Source: Candidatus Hadarchaeota archaeon (lineage in GTDB: Archaea > CAYQAE01 > CAYVLA01). Taken from it: a DNA stretch of 37,140 nt. A program made the position numbers and the translations under genes. This document shows positions 24,686-33,234 of this stretch, piece after piece; position 1 is the first letter of the stretch; each line of letters opens with the position of its first letter. The DNA lies in the NCBI GenBank assembly GCA_964452145.1, contig CAYVLA010000021.1, positions 1 to 37,140 on the forward strand, in the 5' to 3' direction. Below the pieces are notes generated by a model, which did not search any database, was not told the origin of the DNA, and saw only the letters and a list, made by a program, of their open reading frames with translations.

Positions 24686-26707
24686 CTACAAGAGATATCG
24701 CTTTCTGCTTAAGAGTTGGTTCCTTGCACCGGGGTTCCAACCCCCTATCTCATCCCGAATCCCCACGCGACTGACTGCTCCCCCGGCTCTGGAAATCCAG
24801 TCGACCTCCTCGGAGCCGCACCTAGTGCATTCTGAAAGAAGACCCCGAAGAACGGCCTGACAAGACATGCACAATGTGAGATCCTGGGTGAAGACAAAAA
24901 GCCCCACCTGGGTTCTGGCGATCCTGAGGGCCTCCTTCCAGATCACCCCTGCAGAAGGCGAATCCCCAAGGTGCACGTTAAAGACCGCCCCTCCTTTCAG
25001 GAACGGATGGAGATCGGCCTCGATCTCCAACCTCTCCTCGACAGGGATCTCGGCGGAAGCCCGCGTCTGAGCCCCGTCCGTGTAGATGACGGATCCGTCC
25101 GATGGGTCTCCTTGTCCGACGAAACGCTTCCCGAAATCCTTCCGGTCGATCCTGGCCAGCCTGTTGGCTGCCTCCGGGGACGGGGACTGGCAGATCACCA
25201 ACTCCAGAGCGCTGTCGCGCGATAGATCGCCCGCATCTTCCACCATCATCCTCAGTGTCGACCGCGCGAAGTCCCTAGCATCCGCTGATTCGTGTAGCTC
25301 CGAACCGGTGGCGTGCTTGGAGGCCTCGTTCAACCCGACAATGCCCAAGTATGCCCTCTGCTGATCCAGTTCTAGGCGCCTGATGCCACCAACGAGCTGC
25401 GCCGCGAATCCCAGGGATCCCTCCTCCATCCTCGACCCGATCAGCTCCTTCTTCAATACGATGGCCTGCCTTGCCAGCTCCATCCGGTCATGGAGGAGCT
25501 CCCTGAACCTGCCCTCCCTGCCTCGGCTCTCGCAGGCTATCCTGGGAAGGTTGATGGTTATCTCCTGCAGAACCCCGCCCCGCATGCTCGAGTCGCATCC
25601 GTGGGCTCCCTCCACGATCAACGAACCCTCCACGGAGCAGTGCCAGGGGAGTATGTCCTGTCTGTACATGTTCAGGAACGCCGGGGACCCGAATCTGGAG
25701 GCAAGCTCGCACGCTGCGAGGTAGTCCTCTTCGCACCGGGCTACCTGAGATGGGTCGATCTTCACCTCGATCTGGGGGAACCTGAAGGGCTTTCCTGAGT
25801 AGTCACCCTGCAGCAGGACCCTGAGAATACCCCGGAATATCTGGACGGATTCCTCCCAGAAATCCGCATACGTCTCGGGCCCCAGTACCCCCCCGGGCTT
25901 GACCGCCCGGGCCTCGGACAAGGCTTGCGGGATTCCCGGATACAGAGACACGGAGCTGAGGACCATCTGCCCGCCCCTGGCGACGTACTGCTGTCCCATC
26001 TCGTAGATGAACATCTGGCACAGCTGTGTGATCTCCTTCTCGGTGCGCCCCCGAAAGTAGGGAGCCATGAAGATGTTGAAAAAATTGTACGACTGCCCCC
26101 CGGACCAGAACACCTGGGAGGCCGCGAGAGCCTTGGCGGCGTGGAAAACCGCAACCTCGGGTTGTTTGGCCGGCCCCGCAACGGCCGTGTCTCTTCCTGA
26201 CCCGTCCACTCTCAAGCCGTTCAGAAACACGTCCCTGAGATCGTGGACGAAGCTGTAGGGACGGGTCACGAAGTACTCCAGATCGTGTATGTGGATCATG
26301 CCACGCCTGTGGGCATCGGCAATCTGGGGCGGGATGACGCTTGAGAGAGCGTAGTCCCTGGCGATTATGTCGCCCATGTACTTGTGGATGGATTCGGGGT
26401 TGAACTGGGTGCTGGAATCCATTCTGTGACCCTTGGTGAGGATCTTGTTGACATCGTAGATGGGCAGTCCCAACCTTTGGTGCCGGGCGGCGATGTCGTC
26501 AAAGCCGTACTCAACGAGCTTCGCATTCACCATCTCGCGGATCATGGTTGTGGTGGGGAAGACCTCTATCCTGCTCAGGTAGCTTTCAACCTCGGCAGCG
26601 ATCTTCTCGGCGATCCTCGGCGGAGCGCTCGCCTCGGCTACCAGGGCGCGAACGATCTTGTTGCGGTCGAAGTCTTCTATGGTGTCGTGGGATGTCCGGA
26701 CCTTCAA
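24686..26707 (-). CDS. Class III ribonucleotide reductase (NrdD)-like paralogue with degenerate active site
   Basis: ATP cone, IHIHDLEY, ITINLPRIA, GIVGLNEA and Zn site CMSC/CTRC retained; catalytic positions read RPYS, CSVEG and RAGGA. Start placed at TTG 26707. Confidence 0.88.
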   Translation of the reverse strand: MKVRTSHDTIEDFDRNKIVRALVAEASAPPRIAEKIAAEVESYLSRIEVFPTTTMIREMVNAKLVEYGFDDIAARHQRLGLPIYDVNKILTKGHRMDSSTQFNPESIHKYMGDIIARDYALSSVIPPQIADAHRRGMIHIHDLEYFVTRPYSFVHDLRDVFLNGLRVDGSGRDTAVAGPAKQPEVAVFHAAKALAASQVFWSGGQSYNFFNIFMAPYFRGRTEKEITQLCQMFIYEMGQQYVARGGQMVLSSVSLYPGIPQALSEARAVKPGGVLGPETYADFWEESVQIFRGILRVLLQGDYSGKPFRFPQIEVKIDPSQVARCEEDYLAACELASRFGSPAFLNMYRQDILPWHCSVEGSLIVEGAHGCDSSMRGGVLQEITINLPRIACESRGREGRFRELLHDRMELARQAIVLKKELIGSRMEEGSLGFAAQLVGGIRRLELDQQRAYLGIVGLNEASKHATGSELHESADARDFARSTLRMMVEDAGDLSRDSALELVICQSPSPEAANRLARIDRKDFGKRFVGQGDPSDGSVIYTDGAQTRASAEIPVEERLEIEADLHPFLKGGAVFNVHLGDSPSAGVIWKEALRIARTQVGLFVFTQDLTLCMSCQAVLRGLLSECTRCGSEEVDWISRAGGAVSRVGIRDEIGGWNPGARNQLLSRKRYLL

Positions 26708-26760
26708 GGGGATCCCGCTTACGAGAATTTCGATGTATGCCGAGAGAAGAGTAAGTAGGA

Positions 26761-26785
26761 ATATATATAAAACTGCCCTTTTAAA
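26761..26785. promoter_or_regulatory. Back-to-back TATA elements for the nrdD-like gene (-) and the wHTH-thpR-cca operon (+)
   Basis: ATATATATAAAA at 26761-26772 and TTTTAAA at 26779-26785 between the divergent starts 26707 and 26814. Confidence 0.6.
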
Positions 26786-26813
26786 GAGACCTGCCGGGGA
26801 TGAAGGCTGCTTG

Positions 26814-27287
26814 ATGCTGTCAAGAGCCGAGATCAACCTTCTCCTGTCCCTAAGGGACTCCTTCAAGACCAGAGGCGAACTGGACTCCGAGGACCTCTGC
26901 CACAGGGATACCCTCTCAAAGTGCCTTAAGCGAATGGAGGAGATGGGGTTTATTCTGAGGACGCCCCGGGACGTCGACGGCCGCTACACGGCCGAGTTCA
27001 ACCTGACACGATCCGGAAGGGATATGGCCTCGCTCTTGGAAGGATTGGATTTTTCCGATATGCCCGAAACTGGATTGACCGAGCAGAGGTGGAGGATCCT
27101 TCTTTCTTGCGTGAATCCGAGGAGGTTCGGCGAGCTCCAGAAGGAGCTGGAGATCGCGGAGCCCAATGTAGACCGGCAGTTGAAGATACTGGTGTCCGCT
27201 GGCATCATCCGCAAGGAAGACGACGTCTACATGCTGACTGCGCCGGGGAGGGCTTTGGTGGAGGTGCTGAGAGCCAAGGGTGAATAG
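26814..27287 (+). CDS. Tandem winged-helix (ArsR/HxlR-like) transcriptional regulator
   Basis: Two repeats: TLSKCLKRMEEMGFILR...FNLTRSG and RRFGELQKEL...VDRQLKILVSAGIIRK...YMLTAPG. Confidence 0.8.
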   Translation: MLSRAEINLLLSLRDSFKTRGELDSEDLCHRDTLSKCLKRMEEMGFILRTPRDVDGRYTAEFNLTRSGRDMASLLEGLDFSDMPETGLTEQRWRILLSCVNPRRFGELQKELEIAEPNVDRQLKILVSAGIIRKEDDVYMLTAPGRALVEVLRAKGE

Positions 27288-27867
27288 GTGTCGGGAAATG
27301 GAAGGAAGCATCAGGTCGTTCATTGCGGTGGAGATCCCCGAAGGGATCATGGTCAAGATCGACTCCGTGCTATCCGATCTGTCCAGGCTCGGAGCCGATC
27401 TACGGGTCGTCAGAAAGGAGAACCTTCACTTCACGCTGAAGTTCTTAGGCAACATCGGACCCGAGATGATCCAGCCGATCGGGGAATGCATGGGCTCGGT
27501 GAGCCATCTGCTCGGCTTCCAGACGAGGATCTGCGGCTTCGGAGCCTTCCCCAACAGCCGGAAACCGCGGGTACTATGGATCGGCGCGGAGGCGGAAGGA
27601 GACAGGCTCGTCCAGCTGGCCAAGCAGCTCGACGAGAGCCTCCACAGACTGGGCTTTGCCAGAGAGAGAAGCTATGTCCCACACCTGACCCTGGCGAGAA
27701 GCCGCACGGGAAGGGGAAAGCCTTCCCTTATGCAGTACATGGAAAGGATGCGGGAAGTGGATATGGGCACGATGCAGGTCGACACACTCGTGCTGAAGAA
27801 GTCGGTTCTTGCGCCGGGTGGCCCCATCTATTCGGACATTCTGGAAGTCAGGCCCCCGGGGGGATGA
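27280..27867 (+). CDS. thpR: RNA 2',3'-cyclic phosphodiesterase (2'-5' RNA ligase family)
   Basis: RSFIAV, two 2H motifs HFTL and HLTL, GAFP...PRVLWIG, GPIY. Confidence 0.93.
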   Translation: MNRCREMEGSIRSFIAVEIPEGIMVKIDSVLSDLSRLGADLRVVRKENLHFTLKFLGNIGPEMIQPIGECMGSVSHLLGFQTRICGFGAFPNSRKPRVLWIGAEAEGDRLVQLAKQLDESLHRLGFARERSYVPHLTLARSRTGRGKPSLMQYMERMREVDMGTMQVDTLVLKKSVLAPGGPIYSDILEVRPPGG

Positions 27868-29276
27868 AGCTGGCCCGTCAGGAGAGAATCCTCACCGAAG
27901 TCCTCGAAAAGATTAGGCCGTCGAGCAAGACCGCGAGGGCGGTGAACTCCCTTTCTGGAAGCCTCGTCACGGAGATCGCGACGATTCTCGGGCAAATGAT
28001 TCCGGGCGGTCTGGTCGAGGTGGAGGGCTCGGTGGCGAAGGGAACGTATCTGGAGAACCAGCACGACATCGACGTCTTTGCCTTCTTTCCGCCTGAGACC
28101 CCAAGGGAGAAGCTGGAGGAGATCGTCCTCGAACTCGGGAGGCGTTGGGCCGAACGCCGCAAGGCACCCTACCAGATCGCATACGCCGAGCATCCCTACG
28201 TCACGGTATCCATATCGCACGATGGCCTCCCGTTTGACGTCGATGTGGTGGGCGGTTACCTGATCGGATCCACATCCAAGCTGCAGTCGGCCGTGGACAG
28301 GACCAGGTTTCATACCGACTGGGTGCGTAGCAGGGTCAACCCGGAGCTGAGGGACCAGATACTGCTTGCCAAACAGTTCATGAAGGGGACGGGGGTCTAC
28401 GGCTCCGAGGTGAGGACGGGCGGTTTCTCGGGCCTGCTGTGTGAGGTCTTGGTCCTGAACTACGGCTCATTCCTGGACCTGCTCAAGGCGGCGAGTGAGT
28501 GGCAGCCCGGCCAGGTGATCGACATCGAGCATCTGAGCGCCAACCCCGCAAAGTTCAGCGCTCCTCTGGTGGTTATCGACCCAACCGACGGCCGCCGAAA
28601 CGCGGGGGCCGCGGTCTCCCTTGGAAAGATGGCCATGTTCATCCATGCCTCGCGGAGCTTCCTTGAGGATCCGAAAGAGAGCTACTTCTTTCCCCCGGCT
28701 CGCAGACCACTTTCCCGGTCCGCGCTGCTGGGAATCCTTAGGGAGAGGGGAACCAGGATCTACCTGCTGGAGTTCTGCAGGCCCCCCGTGATAGATGACA
28801 TACTCTACCCCCAACTGGATAGGATGATCGGCTCCTTGAGACGGCAGCTCGCCGAGGCGGGCTTCACGACCGCCGGGCCGGAGGCCGGGTCGATCTGCGA
28901 AGAAGGAGACACCTTGTACGTCCTCTTCGAAGCGGGCATAGCGAGCCTGCCCAAGATCGAGAAGAGGGCTGGGCCGAGGATAGATCGGCCTGACCATGTG
29001 AGAAGCTTCTTGCTGAAGCACTCACGCAACCATCCGTACCTTGAGGGTGACCGGTGGTGCGTAGATGCGCCTAGGCGGTTCAGCGACGCCGAGCAGCTTC
29101 TCTCGCACATCCTTTCGAGCAACCCACAGGGCATGCTGCCGAGCCATCTGGCCGCGGCCATGGCGAAGGGCTTCGGGATCCGGGTGGGCAGGGATGCCAT
29201 TCTCTCGTCCTCCCGGAAGGTCCTCACCATGTTGACCGAGCACTTCGCTCCACTTCTGCCTTGGGAGAGCGGTTGA
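27864..29276 (+). CDS. cca: Class I CCA-adding enzyme
   Basis: GSVAKGTYL...DIDVF, YAEHPYV, SAVDRTRFH, GGFSG, VIDPTD..RN; ATGA overlap with thpR. Confidence 0.96.
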   Translation: MKLARQERILTEVLEKIRPSSKTARAVNSLSGSLVTEIATILGQMIPGGLVEVEGSVAKGTYLENQHDIDVFAFFPPETPREKLEEIVLELGRRWAERRKAPYQIAYAEHPYVTVSISHDGLPFDVDVVGGYLIGSTSKLQSAVDRTRFHTDWVRSRVNPELRDQILLAKQFMKGTGVYGSEVRTGGFSGLLCEVLVLNYGSFLDLLKAASEWQPGQVIDIEHLSANPAKFSAPLVVIDPTDGRRNAGAAVSLGKMAMFIHASRSFLEDPKESYFFPPARRPLSRSALLGILRERGTRIYLLEFCRPPVIDDILYPQLDRMIGSLRRQLAEAGFTTAGPEAGSICEEGDTLYVLFEAGIASLPKIEKRAGPRIDRPDHVRSFLLKHSRNHPYLEGDRWCVDAPRRFSDAEQLLSHILSSNPQGMLPSHLAAAMAKGFGIRVGRDAILSSSRKVLTMLTEHFAPLLPWESG

Positions 29277-29316
29277 TGTTCAACAGCCCTTCCTTATGAG
29301 AATTTCGACAAGTACC

Positions 29317-29330
29317 CGAAAGTTTTATAA
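29317..29330 (+). promoter_or_regulatory. BRE-TATA promoter of nrdD
   Basis: CGAAAG followed by TTTTATAA, about 55 nt before ATG 29386, which has an SD-like GGGGTGA. Confidence 0.65.
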
Positions 29331-29385
29331 GTCCCGGATGTTTCGGTTCGGCTCACCCTATTTCCCCTCAAGCGGGGTGACGATC

Positions 29386-31617
29386 ATGGCCTGGACAAGC
29401 AAAATGCCTGATGTTAGAAAAAGCATCGGCGTCATACGACCGTGGAACAGGAAGGAGATCTACGACTCCCTCATCAAGGAGGCGGGCATATCCCCCACCT
29501 TGGCAAATAAGATCACAGACCTCGTGGAGCTGGAGCTACGGCGGCTCAAGATCGAGAAGAACGTCGAGTGGCTCTCAGGCGAGATGATCCGGGTCCTGGT
29601 GGAAAGGGAGCTGGTCAACCAGGGCCTTGAGAACGAAAGGAAGCTCTACAGCCGAACAGGCATGCCGCTGTACGACCTGGAGCATCTCTACTTCCACTAC
29701 GACTGGGAAAACAGCAACCAGCACCCGGCACCCGAGTTCATCCACAAGAGCATGGCCGACCAGATGAGCAGGCAGTACGCCCTGATGAAGCTCTTCAACG
29801 TTGATATCACCACGTCTACAGGATCGACCTACAACCTTTCCGATGCCCACATGGGCGGCGTCATACACATACACGACCTGGACTACCTGGACCGGCCCTT
29901 CTGCAACCAGATAGCCGGGCGCTACGTGTTCCGCAATGGCCTCTACATCGACGGAACCGGGCACTTCTCCAACGTCTCCTCGCCGCCCAAGCACCTGGAC
30001 ACGGCCATCAAGCTGGCCTGCGAGTTCCTTGCGGCCTGCAGCCGTAACTGGAACGGGGGACAGGCCTGGAGGAACATCGCCTGGGAGCTGGGCCCCTTCA
30101 TCGAGAAGGCGGCAAGGACCAGCTCCGTCACAAAGCGGGTCAACGGAATGGAGATCCCGGCAAACATAGTGCAGGGAGCCCAGACCCTCCGATACGAGCC
30201 CAACCACATCCTGGTCTCCAGGGGAAGCCAGGCGGCCTTCTCCACATCGTATTTCCAGGTCAAACCGCCAAAGTACCTCAGAGAGGCCGACGTGGTCCTG
30301 CCGGGAGGGGAGGTCGAGCGTGAGTCCAGCTACGAGCAGTACGCCGAGTATGTCTACATGTTCATGCACGCCTACCTCACTGAGTCCATCAAGGGTGACT
30401 ACTCGGGCAAGATGTTCGACTGGATGAAGGACGACATAAGCGTGGATCCCAAGCTCAGGTCAGACCAGGAGATAAACGACTACATCTACGAGCCCACCAT
30501 GAGGTATATCGCAAAGTTCGGGGGGCCCTATCTCCTGAACGGCCGCAACGTGGCGGACGATGAGGTGGAGTGTTCGTCCTGCTGTTCGCTGGTCATAAGG
30601 TCCAAGGATCCCGAGGACTTCGATCTGGCGGCCAAGGGCGTCCTCCAGCAGGGAGGCTTCTCGTGTACAACCCTGAACCTCCCCAGGATCGCCTACGACG
30701 CCAAGGGCGATGACGACCTTTTCTTTGAGCTTCTGAGGGAGCGAATGGAGGTCATGAGGGAGGTTCACCTGATCCGTCGGGAGTTCTTCCGCAAGGTCAT
30801 GCAGAGCGGGGCGACGCCCTTCCTCCTGCAGCCGAGGATCCGGAGCGGCCCGGAGAGGGACTTGGCACCCTTCTTCGACCTGGACAAGCAGAGCCTTCTG
30901 ATCGGGATGGTGGGGCTCAACGAGGCCGTCCAGAAACATCTGGGCCAGGAGGTTCACGAGGGACCCGAGGCACACCGCTTCGGCCTCCGGGTCATCAAGA
31001 AGATGGTCGACGCGGCGGACGAGTTCAGCGACCAGACGGGCGCGCCCTTCGCGGTCTGGAGAACGCCGGCCGAAACCACTGCCAGCCGGCTGGCCGGGAT
31101 AGACTACGAACTCTACGGTCGGGATGCCGTGGTACAAGGTGACCCTAGGTCCGGCGCGGTCTACTACACCAACTCGACACACGTCCGGGTCTCCGCAGAT
31201 GTACCTCTTTTCAAGAGGATACTCCTGGAGTCGTCATTCCACGCCTTGCTGGGAAGCAACCTTCTTCACGTCTGGCTCGGAGAAGGGAACCCCGATCCCG
31301 GAGCGATCTGGTCGCTGACCGAGAAGATCATAAACCAGACGGCGGCCGAGTACTTCACCTACACAAAGGAGATCAGCACATGCTACAACTGCTTCAGCTC
31401 CTTCTCGGGCATCGTCGAGCGCTGCCCCAACTGCGGCCAGGACGGCAGCAACATCTACGTCCAGTCCCGCATCACGGGCTACATGTCGACCATAGGAACG
31501 GCAAAGGACATAATCGCCCTGAGGAACAGGGACATGTCCGCCCTGGGCAATCTCCACTGGAACAGGGGCAAGAGCATGGAGATGATCGCCAGGCACAGGA
31601 CCCCCAACCTTGCCTGA
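29386..31617 (+). CDS. nrdD: Anaerobic (class III) ribonucleoside-triphosphate reductase
   Basis: ATP cone, HIHDLDY..RPFC, finger loop CSSCC, TLNLPRIA, TPAE, YYTNSTH, Zn site CYNC/CPNC, glycyl-radical motif SRITGY. Confidence 0.95.
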   Translation: MAWTSKMPDVRKSIGVIRPWNRKEIYDSLIKEAGISPTLANKITDLVELELRRLKIEKNVEWLSGEMIRVLVERELVNQGLENERKLYSRTGMPLYDLEHLYFHYDWENSNQHPAPEFIHKSMADQMSRQYALMKLFNVDITTSTGSTYNLSDAHMGGVIHIHDLDYLDRPFCNQIAGRYVFRNGLYIDGTGHFSNVSSPPKHLDTAIKLACEFLAACSRNWNGGQAWRNIAWELGPFIEKAARTSSVTKRVNGMEIPANIVQGAQTLRYEPNHILVSRGSQAAFSTSYFQVKPPKYLREADVVLPGGEVERESSYEQYAEYVYMFMHAYLTESIKGDYSGKMFDWMKDDISVDPKLRSDQEINDYIYEPTMRYIAKFGGPYLLNGRNVADDEVECSSCCSLVIRSKDPEDFDLAAKGVLQQGGFSCTTLNLPRIAYDAKGDDDLFFELLRERMEVMREVHLIRREFFRKVMQSGATPFLLQPRIRSGPERDLAPFFDLDKQSLLIGMVGLNEAVQKHLGQEVHEGPEAHRFGLRVIKKMVDAADEFSDQTGAPFAVWRTPAETTASRLAGIDYELYGRDAVVQGDPRSGAVYYTNSTHVRVSADVPLFKRILLESSFHALLGSNLLHVWLGEGNPDPGAIWSLTEKIINQTAAEYFTYTKEISTCYNCFSSFSGIVERCPNCGQDGSNIYVQSRITGYMSTIGTAKDIIALRNRDMSALGNLHWNRGKSMEMIARHRTPNLA

Positions 31618-31687
31618 TCTTGTCCTAACGAGATAACCCAGGACGCAAAAGCACGTATTTAAGAGCCAGTCCCGATCAGGCCATCCG

Positions 31688-32140
31688 TTGACCGGTCGAA
31701 ACGCTGCATGGCTCCTCGCAGTCATCGCATTGGTTTGCGTGGTCATTGCATATGGTCTTTGGGGCTCAGACCTGATCCGTGCAGATGGGCCCGGGGGCAA
31801 TGAACTGGAGCCGGACAACAAGTCCGCTGCTAGCTCCAAGCCCACCTACTACTACTTCTACACCTCTGCCTGCCCTTCCTGCAAGTGGATGGAGGAGAAC
31901 ACCTTGCAGAACGAGACGGTTTTGAGGATTCTGGAAGCCAATTTCACCTTCAGGAGAGTCAACGCCGGCGTGGAGAGGAGCCTGGCCGACAAGTACGGCA
32001 TATACGGCGTACCTACCAATGTCTTCACCTACCCCAACGGCACGGCCTTCGGCAAGTTCGCCCAGCCCATCGGCCCGGATGACTTCCTAAACCTACTGGA
32101 ACAAGCGCTGGAATTCTACGCCGCGTATTCCCCGCGCTGA
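31688..32140 (+). CDS. Membrane-anchored thioredoxin-fold protein
   Basis: N-terminal hydrophobic helix, CPSC, YGIYGVPT cis-Pro loop; sequons NKS, NET, NFT and NGT suggest an extracytoplasmic location. Confidence 0.85.
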   Translation: MTGRNAAWLLAVIALVCVVIAYGLWGSDLIRADGPGGNELEPDNKSAASSKPTYYYFYTSACPSCKWMEENTLQNETVLRILEANFTFRRVNAGVERSLADKYGIYGVPTNVFTYPNGTAFGKFAQPIGPDDFLNLLEQALEFYAAYSPR

Positions 32141-32145
32141 CGGGT

Positions 32146-33234
32146 TCATCGAGGCAGATCCCAGTAGGGCAGGAGGATCTCCCTCAGCTTGGACGCCGCA
32201 TCCTCGGTCCGTTCCACACGCTGGGCGTCGTCCACGACGTCCGGTAGCTCCTCCCTCTCCACCTCCAATGGGATGCCCAGGCTTCCCGTCAGCAGGGATA
32301 GCCAGCAATCCGGGATTGCGGACAGATCGTACCCGCTTCCCATGATGTCAAGGTGGCCCAACCCAAGCTCGTCCCTCAGCCCACCGACCCAACGTCCCAG
32401 CGTGTGGAAGTCGGCCTTCCTCAGGCCCAGATAGGTAGCATGGCCCAGGTGGGGAATGTCCGAGAAGTAGGGGTCCGACCCGCCGTTCCTGATGATGAGA
32501 TCGGGCCGGAACTGCCGGGCGATCGGGAACAGGATGCGGTCCTTGAAGATCTCGTAGCACTTGATGCCGGCATATGGGGGAAGGGGGAAATTGACGCAGA
32601 ACCCCTTGCCCTCCTCCTCGCCGATCTCGTTGACGAACCCCCTCAAGGGATAGAAATTGCTCGGATCGTGGTGGACCGAGATGGTCAGCACGGTGGGGTC
32701 GCGGTAGAAGATGTCCATGGTTCCGTCGCCAGCATGGGCGTCGGTGTCCAGGACCATGACCTTCTCCGCGCCCAGGTCGCGCGCATGCCGTGCCGCCGCT
32801 GCCACGTCGTTGAGGACGCAGAAACCACCTCCGCGCGATCTGGCTGCGTGGTGGAGGCCGCCGAAGGTATAAACTGGCTTCCGTCTTTCGAGGGCCAGCT
32901 CGGCACCGGCCATGGCCGCTCCCACTATGAGCTTGTTCGCCTCGAGCATGTCCCTGTCAACCTGGGTATCCAGGGTCAGGTATGTCAAAAACGACCCTGG
33001 GATCTGGTTGGCAAGATCCTCCACATAGTCCAGATACTCCTCGCTGTGAATCGTTAGGAGATCCTGACGCGAGGCTTTCCTTGGTCTTATGACCTCGTAG
33101 AGGTCCGGGGAGATCCGGGAAACCAGGTAGTTGTAGAAATCCCGGAATCGTTGCCCCGAGAAAGAGTAGCTTGGGGGAACATCGTACTTGGTGAACCCAT
33201 CGTCGTAGACGAGAAGGAATGTTTTGTCCGTCAG
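32146..33234 (-). CDS. Histone deacetylase (HDAC/AcuC) family Zn-dependent deacylase, probable CTG start
   Basis: GGLHHA, GGFCVLND, DTDAHAGDG, GSDP, GSGY motifs. The frame continues 70 codons upstream of the track's GTG (33024) with typical N-terminal elements (LLVYDD...ASRQDLLTIHSEEY). Confidence 0.9.
   Translation of the reverse strand: MTDKTFLLVYDDGFTKYDVPPSYSFSGQRFRDFYNYLVSRISPDLYEVIRPRKASRQDLLTIHSEEYLDYVEDLANQIPGSFLTYLTLDTQVDRDMLEANKLIVGAAMAGAELALERRKPVYTFGGLHHAARSRGGGFCVLNDVAAAARHARDLGAEKVMVLDTDAHAGDGTMDIFYRDPTVLTISVHHDPSNFYPLRGFVNEIGEEEGKGFCVNFPLPPYAGIKCYEIFKDRILFPIARQFRPDLIIRNGGSDPYFSDIPHLGHATYLGLRKADFHTLGRWVGGLRDELGLGHLDIMGSGYDLSAIPDCWLSLLTGSLGIPLEVEREELPDVVDDAQRVERTEDAASKLREILLPYWDLPR

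Noticed and set aside
27280..29276. thpR-cca coupling as a novel RNA-repair system
   Set aside because: This adjacency is a familiar conserved archaeal arrangement; the long N-terminal extension of cca in the ORF track is an overlap artefact.
13951..33234. A dedicated Alba acetylation/deacetylation system (rimI, albA, HDAC)
   Set aside because: The genes are in separate transcription units up to about 16 kb apart, the acetylase is RimI/Ard1-type (N-terminal), and co-location is plausibly chance.
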